64,000 nt of DNA, taken from positions 70,782 to 134,781 of the forward strand of contig BCKQ01000006.1 in the NCBI GenBank assembly GCA_001600695.1, read 5' to 3'. This stretch comes from Ascoidea asiatica JCM 7603. Lineage: Eukaryota > Fungi > Ascomycota. The notes beneath the pieces are model-generated. The model did no database searches. It was not told the origin of the DNA and was given only the letters and a program-made list of their open reading frames with translations. How positions within the stretch are numbered: position 1 is the stretch's first letter; every line of letters begins with the position of its first letter. Made by a program: the position numbers and the translations under genes. Positions 48,418 through 58,731 of the stretch are shown in pieces.

Positions 48418-49179
48418 ATGCCTTTCATTAAAGAATTAAAACTGAAAGTTAATGACTTCATTAACGATTCTTCCTTAATGCTATTAAGAAGGGAAGATGA
48501 TGATGATGCTGACTCAACAAGTGGCAAAATGAATTGGAAAGCAGGTAGATGGATATTATTTGTAATAATTGGTGTTATTTTTTTTATTTTTTTTATAACT
48601 TTGACTATTGTAAATGTTAGAAGGCATAGAAAGGGTATTAAACCAGTTGTTGGTACTGCATGGATAGTACCTCCATCTTATAGGCAAAGTCAAAGAGAAT
48701 ATAATCAACCCATTAATCAAGATTTTGTACCTAATGTTCCACAATATTCAACTCAAGTTAATGATTTTGATGCTGGCCATTTTGATAAACAAGGTGTATT
48801 TCACCGAAATAAAAATCTAATCAAAAATCAATTTGTTAATATTGATGAAATTAATGGATCGAGTAATACTAATTCATCTATAACAATGATCAATTCAACT
48901 GAAAATAATTCAAACATCAATACTACTACCAGCAATAATAATGATATACCAATGGATAATTTAACAATTAGTCACTCCGATAATAACTCTCACATTGCTT
49001 CAATTGAAGCAGACCAAAGAACAATTAATTCAAATGAGGATTCAACTGGTTTACTTCGAAATAATAATCCTAATGATAATCAGAATACACCAGTTGTACC
49101 AAATGAAGAAAGTAATTTAGCTTTACCCCAGTCTACTTTTCAACCCCCTAGCACACCTCCACTTATCCGTCATATATAA
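48418..49179 (+). CDS. RCR-family PY-motif membrane protein, array copy 2
   Basis: WKAGRW plus TM helix, GTAWIVPPSYRQSQ and VPQYS...DAGHFDKQGVFH. Confidence 0.9.
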   Translation: MPFIKELKLKVNDFINDSSLMLLRREDDDDADSTSGKMNWKAGRWILFVIIGVIFFIFFITLTIVNVRRHRKGIKPVVGTAWIVPPSYRQSQREYNQPINQDFVPNVPQYSTQVNDFDAGHFDKQGVFHRNKNLIKNQFVNIDEINGSSNTNSSITMINSTENNSNINTTTSNNNDIPMDNLTISHSDNNSHIASIEADQRTINSNEDSTGLLRNNNPNDNQNTPVVPNEESNLALPQSTFQPPSTPPLIRHI

Positions 49180-49894
49180 AATGAATAAATTCAAATAGAA
49201 TGTTTTAGTGCAATTTTATTTATATTTTTTGAAAATTTTCAGAAATGAAAAGCTCCTAAATAATTGAAAATAAAATTTTTTTTTCTTTTCTCTCTGCAAT
49301 TATATGATTTTTTTCATTTATTTTTAAGTAAAGTACTAGAACCAGCCCTGATCTTAAACTTTTCGATGGTTTATTCTTATATTTTTAATTTATTTTTCTT
49401 GATTAGGTAAAATTTTAGAATTTACCTATTATCAAATACTTTCTAGTCAATTTTTTTTTTTTTTGACCTTTGTCTCTCTTCAAATCCTTGTTTTTTTTTT
49501 TGATTTGATGTCTTTAAAAAGCTATGAGGAATTTAGATACACATTTGAAAGGCAATGTATTCTAAAAATAAAAAACCATGGATAAGTTGACCAATGAAAA
49601 TCTAAACAGGAGTATAAAGCTGAAAAAAAACTTTTTAATGGATCTCCAAATTGAAAGGTTACTGTAAATCAGTGATTCAAACTGTAGGTCATTTTAAAAT
49701 ATACTGAATATATATATCTGTAAAAATCCTTATTTATATTTTTATTTTTGAAGGCGGAATTTTTGTTAAACCTTCATAAATATGATTAAGTAACATTTAT
49801 TTCAAATCATTAATAATAAAATAATTTGATATTATTCTAAATTAAACCCTAAGTTAAAAAAGTTAAATAAAATAGGCATTTTATTCTCTTGAAA

Positions 49895-50602
49895 ATGCCA
49901 AGTTTAGTCGAACTATTAATCAAAGAAAGATACAAGGAAATAGAATTGAATTTGAATGAAAATAAAGTCACATTAATTAAAAGAGTACTTAAAGCAAAAA
50001 TAAGCAGTACTGCAACATATGCTTGTATTACGGCCAGTATAATAGTTGCGATTGGACTTTTAGTTTCATTATGTTTTGCTAATGAAGACGATAATAGTAA
50101 GAAAAATAAAAAAAAAGAAGGGTCTTATAATAATACAAATAATCAAAATTTAAGTCCCGAAACATCTCAAGACCAGATTTTAAGTCCCGAACCATCTCAA
50201 GACCAAAATAGAGTTAATTCTAATTATCAAAATGTTGCCCCAGATATTACAATGACTCCAAGTTTAAGTGAACATTCCAATTTAAATTCTAACTCAAAAG
50301 AAGTATCAGTAAAAATAGAAACTCATAAACAACCAGAAAAAGCTTATTTGAAACCAATTGAAACTCCAGAAGAAATTACAACTACATCTAAAGTTGCAGA
50401 AAGTAAAACATATTTGAATATTGAGTTAAATTCAAGAACAAATTTAAGTGTGAGTAATTCTACAAATTCAAGTTTAAGAAGTCCAGAAGCAGACTACAAT
50501 AATAGAGATAGTCAATATACTATAAGGGGAGTTAATAGTTTAAGAGATGATAGTTGTGCGAATATATCTTCCCCACCACCAGTCTATATGGAAAGCATAT
50601 AG
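49895..50602 (+). CDS. Highly divergent single-pass PY-motif protein, probably RCR-derived (array copy 3)
   Basis: MPSLVELL start resembles MPSVVELV of the 35839 copy. It has KR, one TM helix and a C-terminal PPPVY, but the core RCR motifs are lost. Confidence 0.6.
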   Translation: MPSLVELLIKERYKEIELNLNENKVTLIKRVLKAKISSTATYACITASIIVAIGLLVSLCFANEDDNSKKNKKKEGSYNNTNNQNLSPETSQDQILSPEPSQDQNRVNSNYQNVAPDITMTPSLSEHSNLNSNSKEVSVKIETHKQPEKAYLKPIETPEEITTTSKVAESKTYLNIELNSRTNLSVSNSTNSSLRSPEADYNNRDSQYTIRGVNSLRDDSCANISSPPPVYMESI

Positions 50603-51474
50603 CAAAGAAAATTTCCTAGATAATACATACAATATGTCCTATTAGATATTTTATATTTTTCTCTGTGGAAATTGAAGATTATAAATTATAAATTTTAAAG
50701 TTTAGCTTCATTCTCTTATGCTTTAGTACACACCAAGGAACTTTTTTTAAGGACCCTAAACAAAACGTCACCTAATGATACTGCGCCAACTTAAGAGTAT
50801 GTTCTTGAAAAAGGTGGCGCAGCATCCTTAAAAATATGAAACCTATCACGTGGAATATTATACCAAATTGCTTACCCTGCTCTTTGTTGTATTTTTTGAG
50901 CCATTCTTTTGCACCCGCAGCCGGATGAGCCGCAATAGCCGAAAAAATAAATCCGGGGTTAATTCGGAAGGGGCTCGGAAGTCAATATTTTCGAGATTGC
51001 TCCAGTTCTTGCGAGCTTGCTAAGAGAAGTGCTCTGATAACCTTACTGAGGAAGTCTCCAAAGGAAGAGAAAAGAAAAAAAGGTTCATGACATCAAATAT
51101 ACTTCTTCGCAAAGGATAGAACTAGAAGCCAAGGTTTTTTTACTATTGATTCAATTGCAATATTTGCATGCTTATCAAGCACTTAAACTCAAAATCAAAG
51201 TGAAATGATTTCAAGGAATAGATTTTAATTTTTTTTTTATTTAGCTTGATTGTTTTTAATTCTTTATAACTGTTTTTTATAGATATTTGAAATTACAATT
51301 CTGACTTTTTAATTTCATATTTTTGATCATTTAATATAATTATTATACTATATAAAAGGATCATAGACCTACTTTAGAAAAACAGAGAAACCAAAAACTA
51401 TAATACCCTTCAATACTGTTTCACTAAGACAAATATTATAAATTTTATTAATAATATCGACAAATTAAATTACA

Positions 51475-52017
51475 ATGCCAATAATAAATCATCATCATTT
51501 AGATAGACGCTCAATTAACTATTTAGATAAAAGAGCAAATGAGAATTCGAATTGTATTGGATGGAATTGTGCAACTGCAAACACTTGGAATTGGGCAAAA
51601 TGGATTCTACTCTCTTTTGTTATAGTTTTTGTATTAATTATAATACTTGCAATTTTTAGAATTAATAGAAAAAGATCAAAAAATGGGGATAAATTAATCC
51701 TAGGCACTTCATGGTTAATGCCACCTTCATATATGCAATCACAACAACAGTATAATCAACCAATAGAACATATAGGTAACAGTAATGTTGTTCCTGAATA
51801 TACTAAAGATGTTAATATGAATGATGCTGGATTTTATGATAATGATGGAAAATTTCATCCAAATGATAATTGTAATCATATTGAATATTTATCTGATAAT
51901 TTAAATGATTCCATTAATAATGACAATACCCATATTGATGATAATAATAATACTAATAATAATAATGAACATTACGAAAGACCAAATTATCCCCCTCCAG
52001 TTCATCTAATACAATAA
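51475..52017 (+). CDS. RCR-family PY-motif membrane protein, array copy 4
   Basis: WNWAKW plus TM helix, GTSWLMPPSYMQSQ and VPEYT...NDAGFYDNDGKFHPN. Confidence 0.92.
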   Translation: MPIINHHHLDRRSINYLDKRANENSNCIGWNCATANTWNWAKWILLSFVIVFVLIIILAIFRINRKRSKNGDKLILGTSWLMPPSYMQSQQQYNQPIEHIGNSNVVPEYTKDVNMNDAGFYDNDGKFHPNDNCNHIEYLSDNLNDSINNDNTHIDDNNNTNNNNEHYERPNYPPPVHLIQ

Positions 52018-52833
52018 AAGATTCTTACAATTCCAGAATTTATTCATTCTACTATTTTATATTATAATTACAAATTACTTTCTTCATCTTTTTTTATTTT
52101 TCTTTTTTATTCTTTCTCTGTTTTCTGGTTTGCTTCTTTGTTGTCTATTTTTTTTCAGCTTACTTGTTCTCTTTATCTGCCGGTTGTTATATAGTTGAAT
52201 ATTTATTCTTATTCTTGCATCTTAAGAGGAAGATTGAGATTATTAAACTCCTGAACAATTATTGTTCGTGAATTTTAAATAAATAGATAATAATAAATAC
52301 ATAATCAATAATCCATAATCAATTATGACCAAATAATGTGAATGTCTGTAGTTTTAGATATTTCCGGTGTTATAATTTTCCTCTTTAGGCAATAATTATC
52401 AGCCTCGACGGTTCGATTTATCAACATCTCGACCGGATATACCGCCATTCTGACAATAAGCAAATAATGGCTGAGAATTATTCAAAGTGACAACAGAAAC
52501 CCTCAAAACGAATATTGCATATCAGTAATTGAATCAGTAATTGAATTTGTAATTGAATCTTTAACTCAACTTTTAAGTATAGATAAATTGAAATATAATT
52601 AAAAAGATAATCAAGTCAGCAACTGAATTATTAATTCAATTATGATCAGTTCAGGAATCATACATACTTAAATCAAAATACTGTGTGTCTTAATTTTACT
52701 TCAAGGTTACGATTGCTATTTCATTTATAAAATTGTAATTTTTTATATTTAACATACTGTATATGTTTGTTTATATTTAAATTTTATTCATCACTTAAAA
52801 ACTTATTAATTAGATAAATAAAAAAAAATAAAA

Positions 52834-53646
52834 ATGCCTGTGATATTAAATAAAAGCTTTTTGAACTCAGATCAGTTGTCAGAATTATTGAATAAAACTC
52901 CTACAATATCAAGTAAATTGAATTTATCTTTATCAAAAAGAGATGACAACGAGTGCTATAGTTGGAGTTGTGGATCATCAAATAGTTGGGAATGGGCAAG
53001 ATGGATTTTATTTGTTTTATTTGGTGTCTTTATATTTTCTTTATTTCTAACTACAAGAAGTATCAATAGAAAAAGAGGTAGAAACGGTGTAGCCCCAATA
53101 GTTGGTACTGCTTGGATTACTCCACCTTCTTATTATCAATCCCAACAACAATATAATCAACCACCTGGAGGCACTGGTGCTGCTCCAAATGAAGCTCCAG
53201 TTCCTCAATATACCGCTGATGTTAATCAAAATGATGCTGGCTATTATGATAATACTGGTACTTTTCATCCAAATGATAATCATCAAAAACCTTCTCCATT
53301 AAATACTAATTCAACTACTAGAGAACAAAATAATACTTCCACTTCTTCAGATAATCCTTTCGAAGGTGTCCCAGCTCCTCAAGCGGCTGCTGTTAATAAC
53401 AGTCCTAACAATGCTGCTCATTATGATGATGACCAGTTTAGAAGAGATTTTACAAACTATTATGGTACAAATGATAATCAAAATAATGCAAATAATAATA
53501 TTGAATTAAACACATTTCAAAGACCTGAAGGTCCACCCCCTTCCAATGTAGTATCTTCAAATGAAAATGAAAATACAAGCTCAGATTCTAATACTTATCA
53601 AAGACCTCCAGGATCTCCTCCTCCTCCTTCTCATCTTAGAAGCTAA
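52834..53646 (+). CDS. RCR-family PY-motif membrane protein, array copy 5 (most canonical)
   Basis: WEWARW plus TM helix, GTAWITPPSYYQSQ, VPQYT...NDAGYYDNTGTFHPN and YQRPPGSPP. Confidence 0.93.
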   Translation: MPVILNKSFLNSDQLSELLNKTPTISSKLNLSLSKRDDNECYSWSCGSSNSWEWARWILFVLFGVFIFSLFLTTRSINRKRGRNGVAPIVGTAWITPPSYYQSQQQYNQPPGGTGAAPNEAPVPQYTADVNQNDAGYYDNTGTFHPNDNHQKPSPLNTNSTTREQNNTSTSSDNPFEGVPAPQAAAVNNSPNNAAHYDDDQFRRDFTNYYGTNDNQNNANNNIELNTFQRPEGPPPSNVVSSNENENTSSDSNTYQRPPGSPPPPSHLRS

Positions 53647-54198
53647 AGTCTTATTTCTTTACCTTCTTATAACCAATCTCAATTTCAATACAATATTCAA
53701 AATTCAATCTTTAGTATTCCAACTGAAGTTTCATTCATAAATTTAATTTTAAATTCAATTGATGGTCTTATTACTGGCTCTATTACTATTTTTAATAGAA
53801 TTTTTAACCAAAGCATTAATAGACAATCTGAAAATTTACCAGACTATACTGAAGATTTAAATCAAAATGATTTAGGTTATTATGATGATTTTGGTAGTTA
53901 TCATGAAAATGATAATAATTTAATTAATCAAAAAAACGAGTTATTATCATTTCTTAAAAAATTTTTATTATCTCAATATCATTATATATATTTTTTATAT
54001 TCTAATTTTGTATCAAATTTCCTATCTTTAAATTTAAACACAATTATTACTATCGTTAATATTTCTTTATCATTAATTATGTTATTCTTGCTTTGTTTTC
54101 TACTTCTTAATATACTATTCTTTTTTTTTTCAATGGATAATTTATTATTTTTTTTTTGTTTATTACTTGCAAGTGCAAGATTTTTGCTGTTAATATAA
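53647..54198 (+). other. In-frame post-stop RCR-like module of 183 codons (readthrough extension or 5'-truncated copy)
   Basis: The same frame as 52834-53646 reads SLISLPSYNQSQFQYN...LPDYTEDLNQNDLGYYDDFGSYHEND...hydrophobic tail, ending at TAA 54196-54198. There is no ATG before 54079. Confidence 0.8.
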
Positions 54199-54307
54199 AT
54201 TAATTATTATTACTAACTCTATTTTATTATGAATTTATTAAAAGCTTTTCTTTTATGTAAATTGGATAAGTTTTTTATGAAAAAAAAAAAAAAAATTCAT
54301 TACGTTA

Positions 54308-56524
54308 TCATACATTATCTATGCTGTCGTTTTTAAAGTCTTCCTTTGAAATACTTTTTTCGTCATCATTATTTTGATTACCAGTTTTATTTTTCTTGAT
54401 TTCATTGAAAATATTTTGACTATTAACAAGAATTAACTTTTTTTTACCTTTTTTATTTTTCTTAAATTGTTTTTTCTTATCTTTTAATTCTTTTTTTAAT
54501 TGACTTGACTTTAAAATTTCTTCAAATTCATCAATTTCACTATCATCTTCTTTATTAACTATTTCACTAGATTTATTCTGAATTAATTTTGTACCCCATA
54601 TTGTTTTTCTTTCAACCGAATTATTTGAATTGTTCCCATTATTATTATTATTATTATTTAAACTATTATCAGAACTAATTTCAGAATTTATTAGATTAAT
54701 ATTTGATCCATGATTACTAATTAAAGCTGGAAAATGTGTTTCATCATTAATTTCAATGATTTCCCTATTTAAGTTATTAACATAATCGAAATATTCATCA
54801 TTTTCTTTTAAATAAAATTCTTTTGCCTTTATTTCCAAATTTTTCAAAGCATTATTTTTATTTTTTTCTTCTTTTTTAAATTTTTCAGTATTTCTCTTCG
54901 ATCTTAAAAATATTTCATTCTTAAAACTTTCATAAATGTTTTTGTTAATTTGAATATAACCTTCATTATTATTTGAATTATTATTTGTATTATCATTATT
55001 ACTATTAGTATTATCATTTTTGTTATTTGAATGAGAATAATGAAATTTCCAATTAATATCAATAAAAGCCAATTCAGTTCCAATTGGAGAATGCCCTAAG
55101 AATTTCAAATTTTTGATAACATTTGTTGAATTTAAATAAATACCATAATTTATATTCTCTACTTTTACTTTAATTGAATTTGGAAAATTTGAATAATTAT
55201 GATAAATTGATTTTAAAATTTTAATATCTAAATTTGATAATAAATAAACAATACTTGAACTAAAAGAGGTTTGATAATAAAATTTTGCTAATGATTCATC
55301 AATTTGATTAAATTTTTGTTGATTTGAAATATTATTAATATTTAAACTATTTAATGAATTTGGTAATAAATTTTCAGTAATTTGATTTTTATTTGAATAA
55401 TTTTTTTCAATTAATTTAATATGTGTATTTATTTGATTTAAAGCTTTATTAACATATATTAAAGAATCATTATTATTATCATTATCATTATAATTATATA
55501 ATAGTTTATCATTATTATATTGATCTAAAATACATTTTTTTTCATTATAATATTGATTTAAAATAAATTTATTATTTCCTTTCATAATTCTAACATAAGG
55601 ATAAATATTATTATCTAAATCAATTGAATTTGGTTGAGAACACCAAGGAATTTTATCTAAATTATTCAATACTTGAGGTGAATCAATTAAAGATAAAGGT
55701 AATGAATAATTTAAATCATTTGGTTTAATTAATAATTTAAATATTATATCTTGATTTTTTTTAGGTATATCAAATCTTTCATCAAAAGATTTATCTAAAT
55801 AAACAGGTAATATTGAATCTAAATTAATTGATTCATGACAAATTGGACAATCTTTTTTAATTTTATTTTTTGATAAATTTGGAGAATCTAAATATCTTAA
55901 AAGACAAGTTAAACAAAATAAATGACCACAATTTATAATTCTTGGAGAAATTAAATCAATTTCTAAACAAATTGGACAAATATTACCTTTTTTAGTAATG
56001 ACTCTTAAAATATTACTTTTATCAATTGGAATATTTGGATCTAAGATTTGATTTGAATAATCACCTTTATAACTTACAATAAATTTACAAATTAAATTTA
56101 TATAAGATTCACCAGTTAAATTATTATGAAAAGAATTTATATTTTTAGTTGAACGATTATTTGATTTATATGAATTATGTGAGTTATAAGAATTATGTGA
56201 GTTATGTGAATTATGGGGATGATAGTAATAAAAATCATCATTATTATCATCTAAAAGATCAATTTTTTTATATTTTTGAACTTTTTTTTTCTCTTTGATA
56301 TTTTTACTAATTTCTGTAGAAGTTTCATCAATATTTATAATTCTTTTTTGATTTTTTCTTTTATTGAGTAATAAGTTCTCTTTTTTATTTTTTTTAAAAT
56401 TAGTTGAATTCATTTTTTCATTCAATTTCAAAGATGATTTATATTTTGAAAAATTATTAGTAGAAGATAAAGATGAATTTGAAGATAGTGACTGATTTAT
56501 AATTTGGTCCTTTTTTGAACTCAT
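54308..56524 (-). CDS. MAG2: RING-finger E3 ligase Mag2/RNF10 type
   Basis: C3HC4 RING (CPICLE...CGHLFCLTCL...CPIC) preceded by FIV...DY...DPN, and followed by FYYQT, LSNLDIKIL and KTIWGT. Confidence 0.85.
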   Translation of the reverse strand: MSSKKDQIINQSLSSNSSLSSTNNFSKYKSSLKLNEKMNSTNFKKNKKENLLLNKRKNQKRIINIDETSTEISKNIKEKKKVQKYKKIDLLDDNNDDFYYYHPHNSHNSHNSYNSHNSYKSNNRSTKNINSFHNNLTGESYINLICKFIVSYKGDYSNQILDPNIPIDKSNILRVITKKGNICPICLEIDLISPRIINCGHLFCLTCLLRYLDSPNLSKNKIKKDCPICHESINLDSILPVYLDKSFDERFDIPKKNQDIIFKLLIKPNDLNYSLPLSLIDSPQVLNNLDKIPWCSQPNSIDLDNNIYPYVRIMKGNNKFILNQYYNEKKCILDQYNNDKLLYNYNDNDNNNDSLIYVNKALNQINTHIKLIEKNYSNKNQITENLLPNSLNSLNINNISNQQKFNQIDESLAKFYYQTSFSSSIVYLLSNLDIKILKSIYHNYSNFPNSIKVKVENINYGIYLNSTNVIKNLKFLGHSPIGTELAFIDINWKFHYSHSNNKNDNTNSNNDNTNNNSNNNEGYIQINKNIYESFKNEIFLRSKRNTEKFKKEEKNKNNALKNLEIKAKEFYLKENDEYFDYVNNLNREIIEINDETHFPALISNHGSNINLINSEISSDNSLNNNNNNNGNNSNNSVERKTIWGTKLIQNKSSEIVNKEDDSEIDEFEEILKSSQLKKELKDKKKQFKKNKKGKKKLILVNSQNIFNEIKKNKTGNQNNDDEKSISKEDFKNDSIDNV

Positions 56525-58731
56525 TACTACGGAAAATAGTTAAGGAAGAATTTTGAAAAACTGAAAAATCTGAAAAGCTTAAAACTTTAGAAAAAATTAT
56601 TTTGAGATATTAGGATGCTAATATATTGAAATATTGATATATTGAAATATTGAGATATTGAGATATTCAATTAAGTGCTAGCAAATTATTATTATATAGA
56701 CATTCATTTATATTTTTGATTTGCAATGGTATCTTGATTTGTATATAGAAAGATGCTTTGATAGATGCTATTTATTGGACTTGGCACTTCAACAGGAAGT
56801 GCTTTGAATATGCCAATATGATTTAAAATAAATAGAATCCAGAAACTTATATTAAATAACTGGTTAATTGACCCAAAAGAAACACAATAGACAATTCAAT
56901 TGAATCGATATTCTATGTTCATAGTTAATGAGTGAAGTTCTTCCTCCAGCGGCCAAAATGAGATCAGCATCAGCAGCCCAGCCAATAAACAAAACTGGGC
57001 CGGTCCACGAAGCACGAGGATCGTGACACAACTCCAGAAACGCAGTGACTTCACAGAAGGCGATTTCTGTGGCTCGGGCAGAGACAGATCTTGCTCGCTT
57101 ATGTCAGCATTCCCTCGTTACTGACTCAGCAGCCGAGTGCTGGAAAACAACTGTGAGAGAAGCACTGCAATAGCAAAAAAAATCAGAAAATGTTTGTGAT
57201 TTAGTCAATGGAAAAACTTGAATTGGTCAGTGTTCTATAGAATATGTAATTGAAGTATCAAAATTTGAAGTTTAGTTCCGAGGTATTGTGATGCACAATC
57301 AATATAAAGTTTTGACTTAATTTTTTTGCGCTATTGTTCACATTGAGAATTTCATTAAGGTACACATCAAAATACTTATTATAAAGTAAATTCAAGTTAG
57401 TTGAATTTCGTTAACTTATTGTTTTATTTTTGCTCAATTTAAGTATTCAATGAAAAAGAGCTTAAAGTAAATACTGTTAAGGGAAAATTTATATCCTCAT
57501 TTTATTGAAATATTTCTATTCTCTTTTATTTCAATTGAATTTTTTTGGTATATTTTTAAAAACTATTTTTTTCTTAAGCATTTGATTTCTTTTCTAAAAA
57601 AGCTAAAAAAACTTTATAAACATGAAGAAATATAATTCCAACTTCAAAGTGGAATAAAGGAAATTTCAAATCTCTAATAAACACAAAAGTTCAAAAATCA
57701 TAATATTGAGAAAATCAAAGTTTTATCACTAAAAAATTCTTAATAGAAATTAAGGGAGTAAAATTTTTAAAGAAATCAAATTTGAAAAAAAATTAGCAAT
57801 TCTACTTGATTTCCTATGTTAAACTTCAATCAAATGCAAGCTTAACTTCAAAAGATTTTTTAAATGAAGATACAAATTAACTAGAATAATTTATCATGAG
57901 AAGTTAAAGAAAGATCAAGGTTATTGTACTGAATTATACTGCCTCAGTGATTAATGAGGTAGTGAAAGAAAAATGGGTTGATATAAATGACTTTAAGGTT
58001 AGAAAAATATCAAAAAATGAAATCAAAAATCATCAATTGTACAAATCACCATATTTGTTGATGTATTTTAAAATATAATTTGATTGCTTTTCCTTTCTTA
58101 CTTATTTAAGTTCTTAAGTGTAAGATTCTAGAATCATTATATTTATAGTATAATAATAGAAACTGAATTTTATGTATTCCACATATATTAAAAATTTAAT
58201 TTATAAACAAAAAATCACTTGCTTTTACTATCTTTTATGATTAATCACAATTAATTTGATTAATTTATTTGATTAATCAAAAGATTCTATCTAAAAATTT
58301 ATAACTAAAGATGTACACAAATGTATTCAAAGGCATTCGAATGCCAAGAAGCATTCTTGGTCAAAATAAAGTTATGCTTCAGCACTGGTTCATAACCAAC
58401 TTTAAAAAATAAACAACAATGGGAATATAATAACAACAATAGAAATATAACAAAGAATGCATTTTTAAAATAAAATATATATATTTATTTATTTTAATTT
58501 TTTTTGATTGCTTTATTTCATTCGAATCTTTTTAATTGTAACTAAGTAAAATGTAACAGGCAAAAATATTAATATAAAAGGAGGGCCTTCCTCCTTTTTC
58601 TTTTAATTTCTTCAAATTCTTAATTATATTTTCTTCTTTCTTCAAAGATTCTCAATTTGATTTTTTCCATATTAAATAACTAAACAATTACACTAATTAA
58701 TATCTTTTATCAATAAAATAAAATTTCCAAG

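Noticed and set aside
53586-53648. Alternative intron removing the RCR copy 5 stop (TTCTAAT branch-like site, AAG acceptor at 53648)
   Set aside because: There is no consensus donor in the required phase, and several AGs lie closer to the branch-like site.
58576-58605. Bacterial-style intrinsic terminator (hairpin plus T-run)
   Set aside because: The locus is eukaryotic and the hairpin sits in a promoter overlapping a TATA box.
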